DNA of 62,672 bases, the filler included. It is 5 parts of 5 records of this genome, joined end to end, with 100 filler letters (N's around TTAATTAATTAA, not from the genome) between each part and the next. Parts side by side here need not be neighbours in the genome. Positions count along the whole stretch, not along the records: positions 36,989 to 48,736 come from DRR723986_16872; positions 48,837 to 62,672 come from DRR723986_16873; 3 more parts are not named here. One strand, given 5' to 3'. Position numbers and translations under genes: made by a program. How positions within the stretch are numbered: the stretch's first letter is position 1; every line of letters begins with the position of its first letter. Below, piece by piece: positions 42,259 through 51,800 of the stretch. The notes beneath the pieces are model-generated. The model searched no databases. It worked only from the letters and a program-made list of their open reading frames with translations, and was not told where the DNA came from.

Positions 42259-43059
42259 TCAAACTTTTAATTCAGGCGAACCGCTTTTCCCCGGTCCTGG
42301 TACATCTTCGCCGGCCAAAGTACGGCGGATAGCCCGCTCGACGTCGATACCATAAGTAGAATCAATCAGAAAAACTGTTACTCTGAAAACGAAGGTCTCC
42401 CGCCCCTCGGATTCGAGTTCCACGCGCGGCGGCTGCCGCAAAATTGTCCAGGGCATCTGCCGCAAAAGCGCCAATAGCTGCCGCACAATTCGGTTGGGCT
42501 CCGAACCGGCGTCCACATTCACATGAAATGAATGCCTGTGAACTGTAGCAGCCGGATTTTCGCGCGCGTGCACGATTGTGCTCAACTTGCTCCACGGCAA
42601 ACGCCAACGGCGCCCGTCGGCACTCTCCAATTCCAATGCCAGATTGCCACGATTGCGGATGGTTCCGCTTTGTTCGCCAAAACTGATCGTGCGCCCAACT
42701 TCATAATTCGACTGCGATTTGAGCACTATCCCCGCCAGATAGTCGCGTGCGGCAAACCACGCAAAACCAGCTGTCAGGACGATCAATAGCGAAATCGTTG
42801 CAACAATGCGCATGGAGTCATGCACAAATATCTGATCGAAACTCCAGAGCGCATACAACGACCAAAAGGCCGTTTCCGCAAAGGGAAAGCTGCGCTGCAG
42901 GATTTCGCGCTGCGAACGACGCGTTAAAAATAGGTTTAATCCGCGACTTATAACGCGCAAAAGCACAAAAGCGATCAGACCAACAACAACGATGCGCAGC
43001 AGCGCCCAGTTGTTCAGATCAAATGCAAAGGTCGAGAGGTCAAAGAAATCCTGTCCCAT
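42259..43059 (-). CDS. Divergent MscS-family membrane protein
   Basis: Three TM helices, ARDYLAGIVL (TM3b-like), YEVGRTI...GTI...RLPWS middle beta domain and a C-terminal alpha/beta domain. Confidence 0.72.
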   Translation of the reverse strand: MGQDFFDLSTFAFDLNNWALLRIVVVGLIAFVLLRVISRGLNLFLTRRSQREILQRSFPFAETAFWSLYALWSFDQIFVHDSMRIVATISLLIVLTAGFAWFAARDYLAGIVLKSQSNYEVGRTISFGEQSGTIRNRGNLALELESADGRRWRLPWSKLSTIVHARENPAATVHRHSFHVNVDAGSEPNRIVRQLLALLRQMPWTILRQPPRVELESEGRETFVFRVTVFLIDSTYGIDVERAIRRTLAGEDVPGPGKSGSPELKV

Positions 43060-46000
43060 TAGATGACCTCCAATTCATGCAGATGCTGGCGCAGCCAGGG
43101 CTGCACATCTGCCGAAATTTCGAGCAAGCCCTGATCATTTTCTACGAGCAGGCCGCTGCGGCGCAGCACGTCTACATCCTCACGCAGCTCATCGAGCGGC
43201 CGCTCAAAGATGCGCGCCAGCTGCTCCAGACGGCAACGCTTGTGGATTGTCACGTTCAGCAGCAGAACCAGCCACTCGGGGCGCAGAGCCTCAAGAGCTG
43301 CCAGGTTCGGCTTGCGTGGTGCACGCAACGTGATTCTGTCGGCATCAATGCGCTCAATCAGGCCGATCCAGGTGCGCAGAGCGACGCCGACATTTCCGCC
43401 GGAATAATCGAACAACTTATTAAAAAAGCCGGCCAGCGCCAGGCTGCTGATTTTATCTTCGGTTTTGCCCTCGATTTCAAACATCAAACCCGTGGAGCGA
43501 TGGCGCAGCAAAATTGCCTGCTGCAAGTCCAGCGCACGCATCGGCTCACACTCAATCGCACCCAGGAAGTAGCGATCCATTGCGACGATGGAGTTGATGA
43601 ACCTGAAAGCCGTCGTATCGGCATTAACAATAAAGAAGTGACGCGCGCCAAATTCTTCAATCAGCCCAAGCAGACGCTCCAGCGCTTTTTCGCCACCGGG
43701 GCGGCGCTCCCACCAGCGCTCCAGATCGTGAATAATTATCGCGGACTGGCGCGGCAGTGTGCGCAGCATATCTTCACATTCACCACGACCATCCAGGCCG
43801 ACGGCAAAGGCACGATCGACGTCCTGCGGACGGCCGCTCAAATCGTCGGGCACGTAAAGATTAAAGACAGATCCGCGCGAGAAGTGGCGCGCGGCGATGC
43901 TGCGCGAGAGATCACTCTTGCCACAGGCCGACTCACCCAAAATCAGAAGTGCACCTTCAATGCCGCGCTTGTGACGCTGCACGGCGCGCTCCGCCAGCGC
44001 CAGTTCGTTGCTGCGGCCAACCCACAACTCACGCACTGCCAGCTGACGCCCCAGGAACAGCTGCCGGTAATACGGCGGCAAGGCCTTGACGTGATCCGGA
44101 TTGGGCGTCACCTGCTCCACGAAGTCGATCAGGCGCTCAATACCGGCGACTTCGCTCGACTCAAGCCGCTGAAAGCGACGCGCGAGCAAAACACCCTCGC
44201 TACGGCGATAGAGCAGCCCCACCAGCCAGTCATTGATGCGACTGCGCAACACGCGCGTTTTGGAGCCGACGGTCAGATCCAGGCGTGAGCGACCATCGAC
44301 ATTGCGCCAGCCGTCCATGCGATCGACCGTGCGCATAATCATGTAGGGCGTCAAATTTTCGAGCAGGGCCGCGCGGCGCGTTTCGATATCGGCGCGTAGT
44401 TCTTCGAGCGCAGCGCGAATCTTACGGCCTTCGCTGCTGATGCGTTCGATGCTGTGTTTGGCCAGCTCAGCGGGAGTGCGCAATTCTATCGAATCTTCGT
44501 CCAGCAAGGGCTCCGATTCGGCGCGCACAAGTGCCTGATCGCTAAAGCCGCGTGCCACATCACGCGCCACGGCGATTGAGCGTTCAAGGCGCATCGGCAG
44601 GTCGCCGATGTTATCCTGAATCGGGCCAACCAGACGACTTTCCACCTGCATTTCGGCAACGCGGCGCAGCGGCAGTTCGAGCGTCTCAACGTCGGAGAAC
44701 TGTTTCTCGGCCAGATCGCTGTATGCCTGATCGGAAATCAGCGTGCTCAGCTCGGGCAGCTCGGTCAGAGCGCTTTTGACGTCGTTGCGCAGTTGTTCTA
44801 CAACCTGCCCGTACCAGCCGTCTTTGTGGCCGGCCTTGCGGCTGACATTCTGGCTGCTGCGATATCCGGGAATCAGCGGCGCCAGGTTGACGTCTTCGGC
44901 GCCTTCGGCCATTTGCGTCAGGCGCTTTTCCATCTCGTTCAATTTATCCAGCAGAACCTCGCGCACTTCGCGTTCGGTTTCGGCTTCAAACTTATCGATC
45001 ACGGCTCCAAGGCGGCTGTGCAGCGCTGTCAGCGTCAAGTCAAGCGTCGCGTAGTTAAACGTCAGTCCAACATTGCGCGACCAGCGTTCGGCCACCTGCG
45101 CGATGCGTTCGCGCGTGTCCAGATGTTTGCGCACGCGCCGGCGAATGCGGTGGTTGCCGTCTACGGCCAGAATCTCACTAGTAATCACTTCGATCACGCT
45201 GCGCAGATCGGCATGCAGACCACTTTTGAGCTGATCACAACTCTCCTGGATGGAGCGCTCCAGCTGTTCGAATTTGTGTTGCAGCTCATCCGGCTCTTCG
45301 GCGTGTTGGCTTTCAGCGCCGACTTCAATCGCGCGGTCCAGGCGGTCATGCGCCAGCCCCAGAACCTGACGCAGTTCGGATGCCGTCTTATACGCCTCCA
45401 GACCAAAAGCCTGCAGACGCTCAAACAGAAGTTCCGGGAAATGGGTGCTCAGCTCGTGACGCACGAGCGTGCCGATATTCATTATGATGACGGGCTGGCC
45501 GCGGCGCAGGCGCATGCCCAGGCGCACGCGAAACTTCAGGAAGGCAACGCCAAAACTATCGCCCGGCGCCGCCTGTAACTCAGCTGGGTCAAAACTTACT
45601 GCAACCGTTGACTGCGAGAGCCCGGCGGCGGCATCCACAGAATTGAGCAGGCCTTCCAGTCCCAGATCCAGACGCCGGCGCATCTCGTCAACGCGTTCTT
45701 CCACAAATCTATCTACCAGGCGACGGCTCTGATACAACAAGGTGCTGCGCGCGCGTACAGCCGCTTCGCGGCGGCGGCGGCCACCCTGTTCGTCGTTGAT
45801 TTTACGCCAGGACTCGTCCAGGCGCTCCACCAACTCACGCGCTTCGGCATGCAGGCCAATGAAAGATTGTTCGATGCCGACAACAGCCGAAGCCGCAAAT
45901 TCTTTGAGCGCATCATTCGCAGAACTGTAAACCGATTCCAAAATCGAGGCGGGTTCCGACTGCAGCGGCAAGACCGGTGCAAAATCGCGTTTGTCCTCAG

Positions 46001-48233
46001 AGCGTTTGCGTGCCAGCGCCGCCAACTCGTTTGAGTTCGGCCCCAGCGCGCCCGCAAGCGGCTTAAAGAATGAGGAAGCCGAAACCAGCAGCACGGTGCC
46101 AATTTGGCGCAGGACGTCGTCGGTGCGCTCTACAAATTGAACCACATTGTCTTTGTCCAGGCCGGGCAGGCCAAACAGCGTCAGGTCGGCATCAAGCGAT
46201 TCGGCGCGCAGCAGGTCGTGGAAAGGCCGGCGCTCAATTCCGTTGTTGATGACTTTAATGACGGCATCTACGCGCTGCTCGGTCAGCAAATGATCCAGCA
46301 TCTTCTGTACTGGATTCACCGAAGCGCTGTCGTCCACCACCACAATTATGCGTGCGCGGCTGCCGCGCCACAGCTCTGTAGACTGTAAAAACTTGAGCAA
46401 GGTCAGCGCCAGCGTAACGTTGTTTCCGCCCGCACGCCACCAAATATCGATGCGTTCGCGTTTCCCAAAACCGCGCTCGGCATCGTAGTCCATCACCAGA
46501 ATGTTGTGGTCCAGTTCGCGCATGCGCTGCAGCAGCTGCGCAAAACGCTGCGGATTTTTGGTGTTGCGCGCCCAGCCCATGATTACCGTATTTGGCTCGA
46601 TACCGGAGAAGCCGTAGATGCGTGTGATTGTCTCGATCGCATCATACACATTGCGCGCCTCCAGGCGACGCATGAACTTGCCGGGAATGTTTGGGTCAAC
46701 TTCCAGCTCGCGGCCCGTGGGACGCGGAAAAAGATCCTCGGCCTGCTCGTTTTCAACTAGCTCAAAGGCCGTCAGAATTCCGCGCTTATAGACCAGCTGC
46801 TCAGCAAATTCCATCAGATGCGGCCGCATCGCCGGGTTGCCGCTGAACAACATCACGTTCGGACGCCAGTTGCGCTGATGCGTCTGGCCCTGGCTCAAAC
46901 GGTAGAGTCCCGAGCGCACCACCGACGACCAGACACCTTCCCAGGTATCGCCGCTTTCCAGCGTCAACTCACGTCGTTTTAGAAAGATGTACAACACGCC
47001 CAGCACCACCAGCGCACCAAAGGAGGCCAGCGGATTGAGCTGCGTCATAATGCCTATACAGGTCGCAAATCCCAGCCAGGCAATCCACGATGGAATTTTG
47101 AAGGTCGGCCGGAAATCAGTGCTGCCAAAACTTTCTATCGCATAACTCAGGTTGAGTACGCCGTAGGTGGTGATGAAGAACATCGAAACAACAGCGGCAA
47201 TCGCGTCCAGCTCACCAATCAGAATCCCGGCTTCGGCAATTACAATCACCAGCAGCATGGCATTCCGTGGTTCATTGCCGACGCCGTGCCCTTTGGCAAA
47301 CCACTTGGGTGTAATGCCGTCCAGCGAAGTCGCCTGCAGAATCCGTGGTGCTCCCAGGATACTGCCAATCGCCGAAGAAAGCGTTGCGCCCCAAATCCCG
47401 GCCACCACAAAGGGCGCCCAGATCGCAATGTCATTCAGAATTGTAGGGTTGTTGCGCAACTGCTCTGCATCGACCGTCAGCCCCAGGAAAATCGTAAATC
47501 CGATGTAGACAATCAGGCCAAAAACGATTGCGGCAATCGTTCCGACCGGCAGCGAACGCCGCGGATCTTTCAAGTCGCCCGACATCTGCACACCAGTCGT
47601 GAACCCCGTCACCGCCGGAAAAAATATCCCAAACAATACAAGTAACGAGCTGCTGCCACCTTCACCACTGCCAACACTCGTCAGCCCGCTGACAGCATCG
47701 GCCGAGGGCGCAAAATCATGCTGACCAAAAAAGACGGCGACCAGGGACATCCCAATCGCAGCCATAATAAAGTACTGTGTTTTAATCGCCAGCGAGGTGC
47801 TGATATAGGTAATGATCGCCACTGCCGCCAGCGCAATCGAACCGCAGATCCGAATATTATCTTTAGTGACTTCCCAGTCGAAGTACGCCAGGAAACTCTC
47901 GGAAAAACCAATCAGGTAGAGGCTAATGCTACAGGAAAAACCAACGAAGAGCGCCAGGCCCAGCGTCCCCCCCACCGGCAGCCCCATACTGCGCGAAATG
48001 ATGTAGTAGTTCCCGCCGACCCGCACCTTCTTATCGGTCGCTATCGAGGCGACACTCAGGCCGGTCGTAAACGAAATCAGGTGCGCTACAACAATGATCA
48101 GGATCGTGGTTACAATCCCGGCCTCACCAATAATCCACGGCAGGCGCAAATACATTATGACGCCGAGGATCGTCAGAATCGACGGAGTAAACACTCCACC
48201 GAAGGTTCCTAACTTCGAATTGCCAGACGCCAT
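43059..48233 (-). CDS. SLC12/CCC cation-chloride cotransporter fused to a long helical region and a C-terminal P-loop NTPase/wHTH
   Basis: GVFTPSILTILGVIMYLR, GGNYYIISRSMG, FFPAVTG...SGDLKDP, ATLSSA...APRILQA, NWRPN, IEPNTVIMGW and IDIWW; then Walker A GESACGKS and Walker B IIIHDLE. Confidence 0.9.
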   Translation of the reverse strand: MASGNSKLGTFGGVFTPSILTILGVIMYLRLPWIIGEAGIVTTILIIVVAHLISFTTGLSVASIATDKKVRVGGNYYIISRSMGLPVGGTLGLALFVGFSCSISLYLIGFSESFLAYFDWEVTKDNIRICGSIALAAVAIITYISTSLAIKTQYFIMAAIGMSLVAVFFGQHDFAPSADAVSGLTSVGSGEGGSSSLLVLFGIFFPAVTGFTTGVQMSGDLKDPRRSLPVGTIAAIVFGLIVYIGFTIFLGLTVDAEQLRNNPTILNDIAIWAPFVVAGIWGATLSSAIGSILGAPRILQATSLDGITPKWFAKGHGVGNEPRNAMLLVIVIAEAGILIGELDAIAAVVSMFFITTYGVLNLSYAIESFGSTDFRPTFKIPSWIAWLGFATCIGIMTQLNPLASFGALVVLGVLYIFLKRRELTLESGDTWEGVWSSVVRSGLYRLSQGQTHQRNWRPNVMLFSGNPAMRPHLMEFAEQLVYKRGILTAFELVENEQAEDLFPRPTGRELEVDPNIPGKFMRRLEARNVYDAIETITRIYGFSGIEPNTVIMGWARNTKNPQRFAQLLQRMRELDHNILVMDYDAERGFGKRERIDIWWRAGGNNVTLALTLLKFLQSTELWRGSRARIIVVVDDSASVNPVQKMLDHLLTEQRVDAVIKVINNGIERRPFHDLLRAESLDADLTLFGLPGLDKDNVVQFVERTDDVLRQIGTVLLVSASSFFKPLAGALGPNSNELAALARKRSEDKRDFAPVLPLQSEPASILESVYSSANDALKEFAASAVVGIEQSFIGLHAEARELVERLDESWRKINDEQGGRRRREAAVRARSTLLYQSRRLVDRFVEERVDEMRRRLDLGLEGLLNSVDAAAGLSQSTVAVSFDPAELQAAPGDSFGVAFLKFRVRLGMRLRRGQPVIIMNIGTLVRHELSTHFPELLFERLQAFGLEAYKTASELRQVLGLAHDRLDRAIEVGAESQHAEEPDELQHKFEQLERSIQESCDQLKSGLHADLRSVIEVITSEILAVDGNHRIRRRVRKHLDTRERIAQVAERWSRNVGLTFNYATLDLTLTALHSRLGAVIDKFEAETEREVREVLLDKLNEMEKRLTQMAEGAEDVNLAPLIPGYRSSQNVSRKAGHKDGWYGQVVEQLRNDVKSALTELPELSTLISDQAYSDLAEKQFSDVETLELPLRRVAEMQVESRLVGPIQDNIGDLPMRLERSIAVARDVARGFSDQALVRAESEPLLDEDSIELRTPAELAKHSIERISSEGRKIRAALEELRADIETRRAALLENLTPYMIMRTVDRMDGWRNVDGRSRLDLTVGSKTRVLRSRINDWLVGLLYRRSEGVLLARRFQRLESSEVAGIERLIDFVEQVTPNPDHVKALPPYYRQLFLGRQLAVRELWVGRSNELALAERAVQRHKRGIEGALLILGESACGKSDLSRSIAARHFSRGSVFNLYVPDDLSGRPQDVDRAFAVGLDGRGECEDMLRTLPRQSAIIIHDLERWWERRPGGEKALERLLGLIEEFGARHFFIVNADTTAFRFINSIVAMDRYFLGAIECEPMRALDLQQAILLRHRSTGLMFEIEGKTEDKISSLALAGFFNKLFDYSGGNVGVALRTWIGLIERIDADRITLRAPRKPNLAALEALRPEWLVLLLNVTIHKRCRLEQLARIFERPLDELREDVDVLRRSGLLVENDQGLLEISADVQPWLRQHLHELEVI

Positions 48234-48453
48234 ACAATCTATCTTCCCTGGTCGCAAACTCTCACTTGGCCGTGAATATACGCGAATCTAACGTAGTGGC
48301 GAACCCAGCGGCCCTCAAACCCTCGCAAAAACCCGCAAATCCTCAATTTTCTATATCTAATCGGCACACGTGTTTCGCTGTTTACCGGCAGCAATTGTAG
48401 CTCTGCGGCACCCCAATCTCTGGAACCTGGTTTCCTCTGCTCGTTTCGTTTTT

Positions 48454-48490
48454 GGCATATTTCTCAGGGCATTTTTCTCAGGGCATTTTT
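48454..48490. repeat. 14-bp tandem direct repeat (about 2.6 copies)
   Basis: GGCATATTTCTCAG GGCATTTTTCTCAG GGCATTTTT. Confidence 0.8.
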
Positions 48491-48736
48491 ATCCCGGCTT
48501 CCTGCCGGTCGCCGCCGTTTTTGGGTCAGCGGTAGTTGAATAGTTGTTGTAGTTTTTTTGTTCGTCTTTGGGTGTTGAGGCTGGGGCACATGTGACTAAG
48601 ATGCTGCTCACTAAAAATTTTCAGTCTTGGAGTCTCTGGGAGTGATGCTTAACGACTTGACAAACAAAAGAGGCATTGAGTCTAAAAATATCGTCATTCT
48701 GACACCTCAAGACAACCGGATCCAGCCCTAAGGGCT

Positions 48737-48836
48737 NNNNNNNNNNNNNNNNNNNNNNNNNNNNNNNNNNNNNNNNNNNNTTAATTAATTAANNNNNNNN
48801 NNNNNNNNNNNNNNNNNNNNNNNNNNNNNNNNNNNN
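48737..48836. other. Artificial contig linker
   Basis: N44-TTAATTAATTAA-N44. Confidence 0.99.
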
Positions 48837-48837
48837 T

Positions 48838-51800
48838 AATCGCGGGAAGCGCGGTTTTCCGGATGATTTTGATTCGACGGAGGTCGAATTCTTTAACAAA
48901 GCGCCTAAGAACGAGACGTATGGGATAGGGTATCAGTTGGGAACTGAAATATTTAGTGGCGATCAAAACCTGTCAACGGGCGGGCTGATCCGCTATAACA
49001 ACTATACAGGCTATTCTACCATCCAAAGCAACACGTACAACGCTGCTGGTTTGGCTAATATTGGCTTTAACTATGAAGATGGTTATGGGAAATTTCACGG
49101 AAGTATTTCACCACTCAGAATACTCTTTACAGTGGCGGTCGCCGCTGCGGATGCAGCAAATTCCAAGGCCAAAACCGATAGCCGGAGCAATATCAGTGGA
49201 GTTGATAGGCTTTCAAATGCGGCGTCAGCTGTGAATCGTACTGAACAATATTCCGGTAATGCAATTTCAATCTATGACTCGTTTTTGATGGACCGAATTC
49301 GTGACTATCTCTCAGCACCGGTCCATTCACTGTCCACCCCAAGATATTCCGGTGAACACTTCAATGTTCGGTTTGGTGGCATGCCCTTTCCCTTGCCCCT
49401 CCTTCCCGGCATTATCAGCACACGCCTGGGCATGACGGGACTGTACTCCTATCAGGAGTCTTTTGACCGGGAGAGCCGAATTGCCTATGGCTATATGTAT
49501 CTGGGAGATGTTAAACATGGTGAGGGGAGTGAAAAATTCCTGCTGGACTATGACCGTGAGGGTGGCGCTCAATACTCTGCCCGTGACCTTTTCCTCGGAA
49601 TGCCTTATGCAAATGCTGATATGTTCAGTGTTGTGGGTGAGGGAATTGGAGGTGCATTCCGCCTGCACAATCGGCGTGTCGGAATATTTCATCCGGACAG
49701 GCAGAAGAGCAGTGTCAGCATGAATGATATTGGGGTGGATTTCAGTGTTGGCTCGCAGTGGGGCGTGGGGGCGGATGCTTCCTATGGGCAGCAGTCTTTA
49801 ACCATTGACGAATGGAAAGTCGAGAATGCGAATAGTTATCGTTTTATGGGGGACATGGACACGGATGATCCTCACTATGACGGTGAACCGGTCTTTTTTC
49901 GTTTTGCCGGCGACAAGGGCGGTGAAGTGAACTTTACCGATAGCGATGGTGCCGAGAGAATGAACTTGGACGGAGATGAATTAGAGATTAATCAAGATCG
50001 AATAAAACCGTACATGAATGATGGTGCTCGCGCGGGGCGTTCCTCGCACATAAACTTTAACACTAACGCACAGATGATGGATAGCGTTGGGGATGTGCAC
50101 TACCGCTCCTATACCAAGGATCATCAACTCCTGCACGAGTTTATTGATCGCAATGATCCACAGCTGGCCAGTCAAATCGGTGAGTTACACATCGTTAACG
50201 AGGCCGGCAATGCCTACACCTATGGTTTGCCCGTTTACAATCGCAATGAGGGTAACTTCCGATACGTGCGCCCATCCTTCGGTCTGGAGGATAATACATT
50301 TGCGTTTGCAGCCATCAGTGACAGCAGCCACAATCATTTCAGTGGTCAAAGGATATCTACGCCGTATGCCCGCAGCTTCTTGTTAACAAAAATTACTACA
50401 CCTGAATACCTTGACCGCACGGGCGACGGGCCAACGCCTGATGACTTTGGCGGGTACACGCGCTTCGGCTACCGTCAGACCGCCGGGTCATTTGTGAAGG
50501 GCGGCGCAGATGTTAACGATGAATGGTACAAATGGCGTTCACCATACCGCGGTTTCCACTACGATCCAGGGAAGTTAGTCACCGCGCAGGACAATGCTGG
50601 AACGGTAGCCCTGGGTGAAAAGGAACTCTACTACTTAAACAACATCGATACAAAAACACATGTGGCCTACTTCGTAACCAACAAAACACGTGATACAATT
50701 GAGCGTGGCGCGGCTGGAGACCTGATTATCAGCGGTTCGGGTGTGGAACGTCTGGATGCCTACGAAGCGTACCGCGATATTGAAAAGACGAGTAATCAGG
50801 AAGAGGTTTTGAGTGCCTCGGGTGTTATCCCAACCAATTACGATGGACAATGGTCGAGTGATCTGGAAGGCAAGGCCTGGAATGCGGGGCGGTATAATGA
50901 ATTGGCAATGGACAGTGCAACGATGGCGACACCAACACCCAACAAAAACGAGTATCTTGAACGAATTGAACTCTACGCCAAGGACGCCGACGGCAATCCA
51001 ACAAACCTGATAAAAACAGTTCACTTTGAGTATGACTATTCGCTGATGTCTTCGGACCCACAGGATTCGTATCGTCGTCCCGATACGAGCGGTGCAGGTG
51101 TGATCACCTTTGATACAATCTATCACAGGCCGAGTGTGTTGAATTCTGCCTTCGGATTCTCAACAGACGTACGGCCGGAACATGCACAGACACACGTGGC
51201 TATGTCACAGGCCGGCAAGTTAACACTTAAACGCGTCTGGATGGAATACGAAGGGATTGTTAATGCACGTATTAGTCCCTATGATTTCGAATACGGCTAT
51301 CGCTGTAATACCACAGATCACGAAGATTATGCGCCTGAAGTTGCCGCTGTCTATGATGACGTTATCGACGATGTTAAGCAGCGCAGCGATTCTTGCAATG
51401 GGCGTACAGGTAAAATTGAAAACCCCGGCTACCGTTCCACCAACTATGATCGCTGGGGACACTATGCACATGACGGTCATTCGCGGCGGCGGCACTATCG
51501 CAATTACACCGACCAGTCGCCACCTTCGTGGATTGATCCTGCGGCCTGGCATCTTAAAGTCATACGCATGCCCTCCGGCGGTGAAATTCAGGTACAGTAC
51601 GAGCGCCACAGGTATGACTATGTGCAGGATCAGCCGGCATTGGCCATGGTGCGCATGCTGGACGCTGGTCCCGTTGACGATGATGACGAGCATTTTCGCT
51701 GCACGCTGAATGTTCAGGAGGACCTGGGAGTTACATCTACTGAAGAGCTCGATTCGCTGGCAAAACGAATTCTGAGCCTGTACAAAGGGACAGGTGAAAA

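Noticed and set aside
48724-48736. AGCCCT-A-AGGGCT hairpin at the contig end, REP-like
   Set aside because: Single, short and truncated by the contig edge, with no second copy or transposase to support it.
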